A stretch of DNA of 64,000 bases from positions 620,001 through 684,000 of the forward strand of contig JAYWIR010000014.1 in the NCBI GenBank assembly GCA_036172245.1, written 5' to 3'. Under the pieces are notes generated by a model. The model worked only from the letters and a program-made list of their open reading frames with translations, made no database searches and was not told the origin of the DNA. Origin of the DNA: Raillietiella orientalis (lineage: Eukaryota). A program made the position numbers and the translations under genes. Shown one piece after another: positions 1 through 11,683 of this stretch (position 1 is the first letter of the stretch; each line of letters opens with the position of its first letter).

Positions 1-1072
1 TAAGATCGACCCGATCTGGCAGAGGATACAAAACCTCGTCAGAACCTCCATCCTGAAAATCGTCCCGAAGAGCAGGGAACTCTGGAGCAAGGAGTAATGA
101 TAATCGCACCTTTCTTAAGCATCCGATGGACCACAGAAAGATGACTCTCCTCCATGAAAGAGAAGACCACATTTGAGCAGCGACAGCTGCGAATAATCCT
201 CCACCTGTGGGAATACCGAGGTGGTGCGAGTGTTCTAGTACAAGCACTAGATGGAAGGGTCTCGTGAACGCTGGCAAGCGTACAGCTCACAGTGGAGTCA
301 GGTCAACCCCCGACTTCTGGAAGCGTACCTTCCAACGAAGACCGCTCTGCAAGAGATAAAATCGTTTCTTAAGGAGTGGGATCGACGCCGGTGGGAGATC
401 GGAAAACTTGTCTTGAACCCAGTAGCCATCGGGACCATCTTGTGGGGATCTGACTCGTCACCAGAGATCCGAAACCACCTGATTTCCATCACGGAAGGAT
501 CCTATGCGGCTGTAACACTGGCCCGCAAATCCCGAGTATGGGAGATGCCCCGAATTCAGGACCATCGAAGAGGACTTACACCTCTATACCTGTCAAACCC
601 TTAACCAAGATTGAAGTGGTGAAATAGGCAACGCAACTACAAGCACTGACCAAACTGGAAATCCTACGAGGACTCCCTCAGGGTTAGAGGAAACCCTGTA
701 CATCCCTATGATGAAGACAACCACCGCCTTCTTTATGCGGAGCATCCTCGTCAGGGGAACAAAACTCCGAAATAGATAAATACGGAACAGCACAGAACGT
801 TCTGACAGTATAAAAAAAGACCGGTATCAGAAGTTGCGGCAGTTCCGGTATGGATCTCCACTACACTCTGCAGAAGATACAAGCCAACAGGCACCTTAGT
901 GAAAGGCGCTAAGTCACTTTGGATTGTGACCCACCCCCTACCCCTTCCCTGTGAATCCGTGCTCAAATAGGAAAACTTCTGTGGCCTGCGAAACTCACGA
1001 GAAAAGTAACTCTATTGTGTTTACATGCTTGTTTTTAGTCCTCAAAATAAATTTACCCCACCTCTGTCGGAC
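1..1072 (+). mobile_element. 3' end of a decayed L1/Tx1-clade non-LTR retrotransposon (copy F; second family in this window)
   Basis: Degenerate C-terminal zinc finger CPEFRTIEEDLHLYTC from 546. Peptide AFFMRSILVR (~725-755) matches copy G. 3' end AATAAA-TTTACCCCACC at 1046-1062 matches G's AATAAA-ATTACCCCACC. Confidence 0.7.
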
Positions 1073-2121
1073 TAGAGAACAGGTTAATGTTATTATATAC
1101 ATCCTCTCTTGGAGTTTTTTCCTTGTCTACAGTGTGGGTACTCATCATCAGGTTGTTTTTTATTTGTAACAGAATCCAAATTTAAACTTTCGATTACTGA
1201 ATAGTACTTCGAATGTAACACTAAAACATAAACATAAAGCAGTCCCGGGCTATCTCTCTAATTATATGTTCTTCAAATCATTTGTATTGTTTTAAACATC
1301 AGTCTTTATGATTGAGTAAAGATGCAGGTTGTTTCCTCTGATATCTGAACTAGTCAATTTCACTCGATTGCACTTCTTTATAACAAAATTTCGAAAATGC
1401 AAGCAGTCTGAAATGCAACTATATGTTCTAGAGTATTTTCCCAAATGTAGCATCTTCAAATAACATAGAGAAAATCATTGAAAAGGTACTCAATCACATT
1501 TTTCTCTTATTTATTTTGCATCCTGTCTCCAAGAACTTTGGCCAAGAAGCACATAGTGTTTCTGTTCGTCTTAAATGCTGGTTTCCTCCTCAGCTGAATT
1601 GTATGAATAATTGAGGTAAACCCATGGTGCACTATTTCTTTTTGTAATGAAATTTGACCATTTTTAAAATATTTGAAGATTAGTTTTCAAAATGGGTTTG
1701 TTTTAAGTTTTGTGCTTTAATTTTGTTACCAACATATTAAACACTCATGTTTAGGCTTATTATGAAGTGATATACACATTTCCTAAATTTCATCATCTTT
1801 TCCCTTCATTTGTGATAAAATTAAAATCGTTTTATTTTGTATATTTTCTTTAATATTGATTGCTTTTAATTCATATACAAAAGGCATAAAAGCATACACT
1901 AATTAATCTCTAGATCTCTGAATACATGAAAATGGAAGTCCTATTGCCAACATATGTTTCCTTTGTAAACAAAAAATTCAAATATACAATTGTATATGAT
2001 AGCAAAAATACTCTAAGAAAATAACCGAAACTTTGTCATGATCATACAACAAAATGATCACTATAAAAAATGAGATTACTTATAACTGGAAAAACACAAT
2101 TGCCATATGCAATTCTAAATG

Positions 2122-4117
2122 CTATCTGTAGCCTTTTCTATGCACCAATCCCGCCAGCTCAACATTATAACTTAGTGGAAGCTGCAAAAAGTCTGTTTAT
2201 CATGAACAATAAACATATAGCTTACATCAGCACCAATGCGACACAAATAACGATTCCGCTGTAAGAATGTAGAAACAGGATGAATTAACACATTTGATTC
2301 TTGAGTTTCTTCAGCAAGAAGAGGCTGAGATTCTTTCAAATTTACATTCAATTTATGCCTTTGATTAGGACTTGTATTCAGTTGACTACTGTACTTTTCA
2401 TCCAAAATCCATAACATAACCACAGCTGCTTGAGCAACTAAACCCCAACATACAAACAAAATATTATAAGGAGACTTACTCGACAAACTGATAAGGAATA
2501 CCATTTCCAACACAAAGTATCCTTTGCTATCAACAAGCATACCTGCCAGTAGACTCATAACACCCAAGCCTAAGTTTTGCACTGACTGTACACTGTAAGA
2601 GGAAACTGAATAGCAATACAACTATGTTAAACCCTTAACTGACATGCCATATGCCGTGCCCAGCTGATGCTCTGGCAGGATAAGTGCAATCATTGGCCAC
2701 AAAGCACTGGATATAACAGAATAAGATAAACCTATGAAACTCTAAAACACAATAAAGAATAGATAAGGACTGCGAATATATTACTTACTAATACAACATA
2801 GGGATTGAAGTATGTGAAGGCTAGCAAGCAATGACCTGCAAAGGTTGCTGCAATGCCTCCCAATATCCAAGTAATGTTCCATCCAATCAAATCAATGAGA
2901 AGACCAAATAATGGGGCACTCACAGCAGAGACAATATATAACAGACTATTAATACTGTTTGCTTCCTGAAGTGTCATGTGGTATTTGTGTTCAAAAAATA
3001 CTCTGCTAATTATGAACATAAGGTTGCTATTCACTTACTGGCCCAATCCAATGAAGGGAAAAATTGTAATATAATAAGTAACACAGATAATACTAAGCAA
3101 CCAAAAAGTCCAAGGAAATTTGCCTACATCTCTCAATTGTATGCTCTCTCCAAGTTGGGTCTCTTTTCGACCTTGTGATTGCTCAGAAACATGATCCATC
3201 CAGCCCAATATTAAACTACTTATGAAAGAGAAAAGACATGTGGTGGATGCTGCACATGTTAATGTCACAGATACACATATCATTTTTGAGAGAAGCATGA
3301 ACTAACCTAAAAGTAGTACAATGCCCATGCATGTATATCCCTGATAGAATCCATGCACCCAGTGATACAAAGGAACCATAACATTGAAGTTGACTGTTGA
3401 ACCAACACGAGACAAACTCATTTGTAGACCAAACACCATATTCAGTTCTCTTCCTTTGAACCATCTTACAGAATATGCATTTTGTGCAATGGCTAATGAT
3501 TCACCTCCCAACCTGTCTAATGAGAATAATAGTGAAATTTGCAGTTTCTTGTTACCCAAATACAAATCGGCCCAGCTGCATCAACCAAAAATGATTGAGT
3601 AGTCCTCCAGCTGCAAATACAACCTGTCCAATGAACACAAGGAATGAACATAAAATGGCACTGAGCCGAATTCCAAATACTCTAGAATGAAAATTCAGTA
3701 AATGTCATAGATCCTCAATTTGTTGAATTATCTCACAGACTTACTTGTCGATAAGAAAACCAGCGACAATGCAGAGAACAACATTTGCCCATGAATACAA
3801 TGCATATAAGCTAGAAAATTTGCCCGTATTTATGTGCATATCCTTTTTCATTTGACTTTGCAAAGCACCAGGATTATCATAACAAAAAAAAGCACCTTAA
3901 AAAAAAATCAAACTTCAAGTTTAGTATCAATAAAACTTAACACTGAATCTTTTAATGACTGATAATGTAAGAGTAATGTATGAAATCTTCATTCGAATTG
4001 TTACTTACCAAATCCTAAGAAGCACATGAAAAATAAAGCAGTAAACCTCACTGCACCATTACTTGAATCACAGCTGCAATATGAGTTTTTGTTTTTATTC
4101 AAAGATAGATCATCCAT
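2122..4117 (-). CDS. MFSD1: Major facilitator superfamily domain-containing protein 1 (lysosomal transporter), multi-exon
   Basis: ATG at 4117. Exons give MCFLGFG|AFFCYDNPGALQ, LGGESLAIAQNAYSVRWFKGRELNMVFGLQMSLSRVGS and RNRYLCRIGAD|LPLSY...GYR*. Short GT-AG introns, e.g. 2182-2225 (44 nt). Confidence 0.93.
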
Positions 4118-5189
4118 TTTTTCTAAAGTTAATCTTTTTTTAACAAGGAGTGACAAATTACTTTACAATGGATGTACACAGAGCACACAAAGCGCATTAA
4201 ATACCCTATTTCATTTTGGACCACGAGCATAGCAATTAGCAAACATAAACTACATGGTATTGATGGAAACTGCAACTGAAATATTCGTGATAAAGAAAAC
4301 TGTAAACACTGAAAACACTTTCTATCAAAAAAATGTGAATGTGAAGGCATATTTTGGGGCACAAGAACACTATTTGCCAGTTCATAAAACACATGGCTGG
4401 AGATAACGGAAAGCAATAAAACTGACAATAAGTTCGAAGGAAATAATTTCTATCTTATTATAATATACACCCCCATTCAGTATTCAACAGCTGGATGGGC
4501 AATTTATCGATTTACCACTGTTGCTGTACACATTTATTCCCTCAACCGGGCTGACAACACCTTAAAATCATTTCGAATTGCACATCAATGCCATATCAGC
4601 CTATTTTTTTTACATATTCCTCAAGGTCTGGTACTACCGCCAAAAGTGTAACGATAAAATCTGGATCGTACAGATTTGGTAGTTTGGCAAACTCAACGCG
4701 TTTGAATGAAAATACTACTGCAGCTTTTTCGCTACACTTATCATAAAGTCTCCCAAAGGTCCGTTACTCCAACGTAGCACTTTATCATGCACTAATTTTG
4801 AGTATTCAATCCCTTAAGCAGATCTTAGTGATCGTTGGATGATAACGCACGCAGTATAAAAAATTCAGTACCACGATACATGAGAAACGTGAGAACGATT
4901 CCTCCAACGTCTTCTTCATTCACGAATAGCACTGGATTCTACAAGCTCTCTACTTCAAAACTGATTTTGTTGTTGAAATCACGAATGAGTCAAGTCATAA
5001 CATATCAATTTGTACGTAAGAGAAAATCTCCCATTCGTCGAGCACATATGAATAACCTGAAATCAATTTCTACTAGTTCGCACCAATTCATAAGTTGTCA
5101 TTCAGCCTACACATTTGAGAGAGCATGCAGGCAATTTTGCAAAACATCTCACAGTTTGCTTCTTATTATTATTTGAAACCGTCTTCCAC

Positions 5190-5540
5190 TGTCCACCTCA
5201 CGGTGGGGTAATTTTATTAAAACAACAATAACAAAAACAAATTAAACAACAAAATTACAGTTTAGTGACAGAAGGGTCGCTTTCACTTTCACTGAGGTTC
5301 GCGCGGGTAAGAACGCTATGGGCCGTCCTTACCGCATCTTTTAACTATTCGTAGGCAGTGCAGGAGGGTTTACGAAGGAACCTTTCCTCATGCACAAATG
5401 TTCAGTTCTATCTTCAGTAGTCCTTGCAGGATGTCCCGATCTTTGCATGGGCGGCCCTTCGTCAGCTTTCTGACGAGGATGCTCCTCGGAAAGAACGCGA
5501 CGATTACATGCACGGTGGGGTTGTATTGGGGCACACTTTC
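5190..5540 (-). mobile_element. 3' end of an F-family L1/Tx1 element (copy G); probably the distal part of copy H
   Basis: Minus frame VIVAFFPRSILVRK resembles F's AFFMRSILVR. A T-rich tract is followed by AATAAA (5218-5213) and the hairpin CCACC-GTGA-GGTGG (5193-5206). Confidence 0.7.
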
Positions 5541-7685
5541 TCCTTGAAGGTCGCGTTGTGTCGCGGTCGCACTCGGACGTGCTTTGTTAAGAGTTCCAAA
5601 GTCCTGGCTTTACGTGGTGTTGTCGCGTTGCTTCAGTGGTGGAGGGAAGGCAGAAATGCCTGAATCCACCACGAAAAAGTGTCAGGAGACACTGAAAGAT
5701 CGTCTTCCGTACCCATGGAGGTGGGGGCATCTGCTCGCGAAGCTTCATCCCCCGCGCCGGCCAGGGAATATAGCGAAGTGGTCGCCTCGCCCTCTGCAGA
5801 GGCCGAGGCCGAGGCCTACAAGACCTACGGATACAACCCTAGTGTACTCTACAAGGTAGGCAGGGTTTTCGATGATCACACTGGGCGTTCTTTCGAGGAG
5901 GAGTTGTGCAGATTGGACGTGAGGAAGGAAGACATGACGGGGCTCACAATCAGAAGCGGGGCTCAGCACGTAGAGATGACCTGCGAGGAGGTGGGACTGC
6001 TGCGAACCCCCGTGAAGATCGAGGGCCACCAGGTCTTTCCCGTTCCGGTGGACGACTCCATCGTGGTCCACCTAAGGGGCATTAACGTACGGATGCCACC
6101 AAGCGCCGTACGGGAAGAACTCGAAAAATTCGGCACAGTCCAACAGATCCCGCGTATTTGACGAGATCCTTAGTGGGCTCGTCGCGGTGCGCATCACGGT
6201 GGCAAAGGACATAGGGCTTCTCCTTAAACTGGTGGTCGGTGGAGAACCCATCGACCTCTGGTACTTGGGGAAGCCCAACTACTGCCGCAATTGCGAGGCT
6301 ACCGGGCACCTCAAAAAAAGATGCCCCAACATCGCATGCCGCTAGTTCGAAACGAAGGGGCGCACCGAAGAACGTGCCCCAAAAAGGTTCCGCGAGATCC
6401 GGGTGCTACGAGCAGTAAAACAAGCGCGGACGCGGAAAAATCTGGCAAAGCCAGATCAAAGAACTATAGAAAGGCTAACCTGAAGCAAGTCGAAAAGGCC
6501 ACGTCGATCACATCGCCTGTGGGAACGCAGGCTGCCGAAGTGGAAGGAGTGGAACCTGGCTGGCAAATGGTCAGCTACAAAAAGAAAAATAACAAAAATA
6601 AATTGACCTCCAAAGAAACCGCGAAAAAACGATTTCAGAACGCAAAAATGCATGCTTAACCTGCAGTGCACTCCCGTAGTCGCGAAGCCATGGCAAAATG
6701 GACGTGGCCGTGTGCGACAACGCCGACAGCCCCGCGACAGTGAAAACAGTCATCGAGAATTGCGGAGAGCCGCGACGACGCGACCTTCTCCAAAGCGACA
6801 GAGGAGCTGGCCGCCATGCTATGGCAGTCCGTCAAGGTAGCGAAGAAGGCTGACGGACGTCCGGCCCCCAGGAAGAAGTCCGATACCTCGGACTCCGACC
6901 CAGTGGTCGGAAGCACACCATCCACGTCTGCAACCCTGCGGAAGCCTGGCCGGAAGTTCAGGAATCCCAGGAGGATCGACTCTTCTGAGGATGGGGAATC
7001 CTCCGGAAACGAGGATGCAGTGAACGTGGGAGCTCAGGACTCATCTCCTGATACTCTCCCACGCTCACACGCGGAGGCGGAGGGGGTCGCCGAGGTGCCT
7101 CCAGCCGCAGGGTCCCCAAGCAGCCCCCCGCCCGAACCGGAGGCGGGGCCGCAGCATCACTTTCCCAGCAGTAATGCCAGGACTCTCCACCTGCCGTCGT
7201 CTACGCGTTGCTAGCTGGAATGCCAACAGGCAACACGACGACGTCAGGAGAAGAGACTCACTGTGATACAAAGAAATGTTCAAGAAGCCACATATAACTA
7301 AGCGACTAAGACTTCAGCACACTGTAAATGTTTTCTTGGCTGCATTGAATTCTTTTGAAAGTTTCATGTGGCCGCCGAAGACGCCATTTGCCCTTCATAT
7401 TGCTTGCAAATCTTCGATTATTTACGGTTTGAGATTGTAGGTGAAATCCACATCGATCACAACTGCTTCAGGAAAATTATTGTCCTATAATGGATTTGGG
7501 GATGTCGAACATTCGTTACGCCCAGCTTGTTTGTTTGTTTTTTCAAGTACAGTTTTTCAAGAAGCCACATATAACTAAGCGACTAAGACTTCAATGGATT
7601 TTCGACCTAGTGCTTCTGCAGAAGATTCACCAGATCTCAGCAGAAGACTCGCGAGAGATCGAAAGGATAGCGGGCGCTCAGCTCC
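5540..7685 (+). mobile_element. 5' part of a Tx1-like non-LTR element (copy E): frameshifted ORF1 (RRM-like region plus CCHC knuckle) and start of the ORF2 APE endonuclease
   Basis: ORF 5679-6161 (VHLRGI..ELEKFGTV) shifts frame into WYLGKPNY-CRNCEATGHLKKRC (6283-6324). ORF2 begins MPGLSTCRRLRVASWNAN (~7173), and FDLVLLQKIH (~7600-7630) resembles the APE 'LQETH' motif. Confidence 0.85.
7279..7593. repeat. ~315-bp insertion bounded by exact 38-bp direct repeats, interrupting the APE coding region of copy E
   Basis: TTCAAGAAGCCACATATAACTAAGCGACTAAGACTTCA at 7279-7316 and 7556-7593. (A)ATG is duplicated on both flanks. Confidence 0.85.
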
Positions 7686-8944
7686 TTTTCGCCCGGGCGC
7701 TCCGGGGCGTTTATTGCTAAACTATCCAGGAACGAAGTTGCCAGACAAAGGGTACAGAGGCACGGAGGGAGGGATCTCCGACACGCAGGTCGGTATAACC
7801 GAAAGTCCGGAACGGGAGGGAGGGAACCACCAATAAATATATAAAAAATATTAAAAAAAAATATGGGGTGGGTGCTTAGGGACAGGGGTCTTTGGTATCG
7901 TCCGTTCCATCCTTTCAGAACCGGCGTTGGATGCCGGAGATCTTCCTGAGGTCTTCTAGAAGATGAGGCCACCTGGAGCCGACGTCATGTTGTCGTCGGC
8001 TATTCTGGTGGCCTCTCAAAGAATCGCCTGCGACTCCAGCTGTCGGTGGGCCTTGTTGATGGCGCGGATGCAACAGATCGTTGCGATAATCGTACCTAAC
8101 GACAGGCCGCCTGGCGTGAAGAAGCGGCGCCTCAAAATTCTTGAGGTGTCCCCCTGGTGCAGGAGAGCTGGAGCCAGTCTCCGCCATAGTCCCTGGAGGG
8201 CATCGCAGTCGAAAACCAGATGCGGAAGCGTTTCTGCTGCTCAGCACCTTTGACAGTTCGGGGAGGCAACTCCCCCGGAAACAATGTTCGCGCGCTGGTT
8301 GCAATGGAAGTCCCAATGCACCAGCAAGATCACGTCCTGCTTCCATGAAAGGGAGAACACAGAAGTGTCCACGCACGAGGGAGGGACCACTGGTTCTTCG
8401 GGAGGCACATTCAAGAGTTCGCTCCACCGAAGGAGTCCCTTCGGAATGTTGTGAGGCGTGGCGGCGTCTGCCAGCTCGCTAGTCCTCCAGCCGCCCATGG
8501 GTCGGGTTGCTCCTGCGATCGTGCAGGCAACCTCCCACCTTGCCGGTAGGCAACTGTCCTCTCTTGCCCTTAGAGAAGACAGCGCTGCGGCGAGGGGTAT
8601 GGCGGCCAGGCGAGTCCACTTGTCCTGATCCTGCAACACATCCTCCGTCGGAGACAATGGGGAAAGGTGCATGCAATGAAGTTCAATGAGCAGCACTTCC
8701 TGATGCCTTGCCCAGGACGATGAGGTTTCCTACCGTCAGGCGTTAAGGTTCGTCGGGCGACAGGAGATCCAAGTGTGGGCTTCCAGGAGCCTGTAGATTG
8801 GTTTCAAAGGGAAACCGAAGCTTCTCGTGGCGCGATCTGTATGCGGCAACAACGAAAGCAGTCCTTCGCTGCCGGTGCAGCGCCGCAGTAACAGGCGCGC
8901 GGGAGCACGCCACGCAGTCAACCAAAGTTTGTCACAAAGTGCCG
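7686..8944 (-). mobile_element. 5'-truncated, decayed Tx1-like element (copy A): post-RT region, zinc finger and 3' UTR
   Basis: KLWLTAWRAPARLLL, ELADAATP..GLLRWSELL and PNCQRC*AAETLPHLVFDC are homologous to copy D. Ends AATAAACGCCCCGGAGCGCCCGGGCGAAAA (7715-7686). Confidence 0.85.
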
Positions 8945-10169
8945 TTGGTGCATTCCAGCCCGCCGTGTATTCGGGACGGAAGTGCTGGAGTCTCATCCTT
9001 TGTGCTCCGGCCGGAAGATAAGAAGATGCGGACTTCTCCTGGGACGCATGGCCACCCTGGCAAAGGAGAACGGGTGGATGGCCTGCAGCCCCGCCAACTC
9101 CAGCGCATGGCTGGAAGAAACAGTTGGAACGTGGGCAAAGTTGAAACACATCAGTGGAGAATCCTGCAACCGCCTGCGCACCGGCATCTACACCCGCTGC
9201 ACGCTGCGGAACATGATCATGTGTCCCGCCAGAAGCACTTGGGCGGAGACGACCCCACTGGCCACAGCGCTGCCCTTCCTACGAAGGGCGCTTCAAAAAA
9301 GCCGGAAGCCGAGATGGCAAGTCTCCTGCCGGATAGCGGGCAAGGAGAAGGATCTAAGCGGGTGGACAATGAGGGAACTGGCAGACGCCGCAACCCCAAG
9401 CGTTCACCCTCATGGAATACGGAGATGGGGCGAGCTGCTTGGCATCCCGGCGGATGACCTAGAGTGGCCCCCGTTATTTAGAGACGCATCCACCCTCCCC
9501 CTCGAGTGGCAGGAAACGGCGCTGTTGTTGTTGCACTGGGGTCTTCCCTGCAACGCGCGCCGCCACCACTGGACGTTGGGGAACGTGGGACAGAACTGTG
9601 CAGTGTGCGGGGAGAAGGAATCCCTCCCCCATCTGTTAGTGGACTGCGCTGCCCTCCGGCCCTTGTGAGAACGTTATGCTACGACCCTCCCTATGCCGGT
9701 CGGCAGTACCCCCAGAGACGTTCTGAGACTCCTCTTCGTGCGAGACGCCCTGCCACCAGCCTCAACCCTGGCAGCGCTCTGCTGCCTCCGAGGGATTGTG
9801 GCCGCGTGGAGCGCAGCCAACAGAGGAAGCAGCGATAGGGACCCCATCGTACACGCGGGTCGCTACCTGCGAATCGCGATCGGCTGGTCCCATCTGGGAG
9901 CTATGACGAGAAACCTCGAGGGCATCCTGGAAAGGATGGTCTCTTCCTCTAGCGGGTTGTGATCCCTTCCCGGCCCCCCAAATAGTTTCTTTTTGTTATT
10001 TCATTTATTCTTCTTTTTGTTTTACCCCCCCCCCCCTCGCTGCCGAGGAGAGTCAAGCCGGTCTGCGAACCAGCTTCCTGGCAGGTCCCAGGAACTATTG
10101 GCCGTAGCGGGGCCTAGTACCGCAGATGTACTGTTTTTTAATAAACGCCCCGGCGTGACCGGGTGAAAA
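8945..10169 (+). mobile_element. 3' part of a Tx1-like element (copy B): post-RT region, zf-RVT-type finger and 3' UTR
   Basis: ORFs 8982-9668 and 9693-9962 carry CAVCGEKESLPHLLVDC. Ends AATAAACGCCCCGGCGTGACCGGGTGAAAA (10140-10169). Confidence 0.9.
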
Positions 10170-11683
10170 CTTCCCCGCGTCCAGTGGAAGCGGCGCGCGT
10201 TGCAGGGTAAGCCCCAGTGCAACAGTAGCAGCGCCGACTCTTGCCACTTCAGGGGGAGAAGCCTGGATCCGATGAGAACTGGGGGCCACTTCAGTCATCC
10301 GTCGGGATGCCGAGCAGCTCGCCCCATCTCAGAATTCCACGCGGGAGGGCACTCGGGGTCGTGGCGTCTGCCAGTTCTCCCATGGTCCAACCGCTCATTT
10401 TCTTCTCTCTGCCTGCGATACGGCAGGAGACTTGCCACTTCGGCTTCCGGCCGCTGGTTAGGACCCTCCGTAGAAAGGGCAGCGTCGAAGCTAATGGGGT
10501 GGTCTCCGCCCACGTGCTCCTGGCGGGACACTCCAGAGTGCTCCGCAGTGTGCAGCAGGCGTTGGGGCCGAATCGCAGGCGGTTCCAGTTTTCTTCTCTG
10601 CTGTTGTTCAACTTCGCCCACGTTCCAACGGTTTCCTCCAGCCAGGCGGAGAAGTTGGCAGGGCTGTATACTATCCAACCGTTCTCTCTCACCAGGGCTT
10701 CCATGCGTCCGAGGAGAAGGCCGCATCTTCTGATCTTCCGGCCGCGGCACAGAAGATAGGACGCGAGCCCTTGCGTCCTGGAAACACGGCTGGCGAGGAG
10801 GCGGGCCGAAACGCACCAAGGGGTGCTCCACAACTTCACTGCGATGGCGAGGGTGCGCCATCGCAGCTGGATCTCCAAGCGCTCCAGTGTCAGGAGGCCA
10901 AGACCGCCGTCCCGACGCGGAGCACATAAATCCTTCAGAGGCACACGAGGCCTCCCGCTGCCCCAGAGGGCTATGCGAAGGAGGTCTTTAGTCCTCTTCT
11001 TCAACTGGGGGGGGACGGGGCGAACAAAAAGCAAGGGGCGGAGGATGGGGGCCGCGAACGCGTTCCACACCGCGGCCCGTTCCGGCAGAAGGAACTTGCC
11101 TTCCAGGAACGGGCCGATTGCCAACTCCACTTTTTGGAGACGACCTGACCAGGCTTCTGCGAGGCAGAAGTCCCCCAACGGGACACCCAGGTACTTCAGG
11201 TACCTGGCCGTGGGGATCTTCAAGCGGATCCACGGTCAGATTAGGTCGTCCAACCCATGTCGCACCCACCGCTACCACCGATGACTTCGCCTTGTTTACC
11301 TGGAGTCCAGTCCCACGGCTTAGCAGATCGAAGAAATCCTCGACTGCGGCTGCCGGGGCGGACATGGGCAACATCAGCAGAAGATCGTCGGCGTATGCAG
11401 CTACAGCGGGCGTGCCGGGGCACGAGCTAGGCAAGGCAGCCAAAGTCACCCTGTACGCTCTCAGCACCATCTCGAAATAGGTGCTAAAGAGCAGGGGACT
11501 AAGGCTATCGCCCTGCCGTATGCCCCGCCGTACCGGCACGCCGTAAGCTATTTGTCCGCTGAAAGAGACGTTGATTAACAAATTCTGCCAGCAGGAGCGC
11601 AGGTACGAGAGTAGAGAGGGTGGGAAGCCCATGCGACCCAGGAGCTCCAGCAGGAGTTCCTGGTCGACGCAGTCGAACGCCTT
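10170..11683 (-). mobile_element. Tx1-like element copy C, main part (RT motifs KAFD to YLG and post-RT region); frameshifted, 3' end missing
   Basis: KAFDCVD, GIRQGDSLSPLLF, AYADDL, KYLGV, RRDGGLGL and HWGLPCNARR. Close to copies B and D. Confidence 0.9.

Noticed and set aside
5466..5493. CTGACGA..GAAA resembling a hammerhead core
   Set aside because: Stem II does not close next to GAAA and stems I/III are missing. It is a simple hairpin within the coding remnant of G.
5534..5581. CACTT initiator plus GGACGTG DPE-like internal promoter for copy E
   Set aside because: Spacing is about +41, not the canonical +28 to +32.
7279..7593. 38-bp repeat pair as a CRISPR array
   Set aside because: Only two copies, a 239-bp gap, a eukaryotic context and no cas genes.
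10170..11683. C as a twin-priming inversion of D
   Set aside because: C overlaps D in element coordinates, is diverged from it, and resumes after D's TSD.
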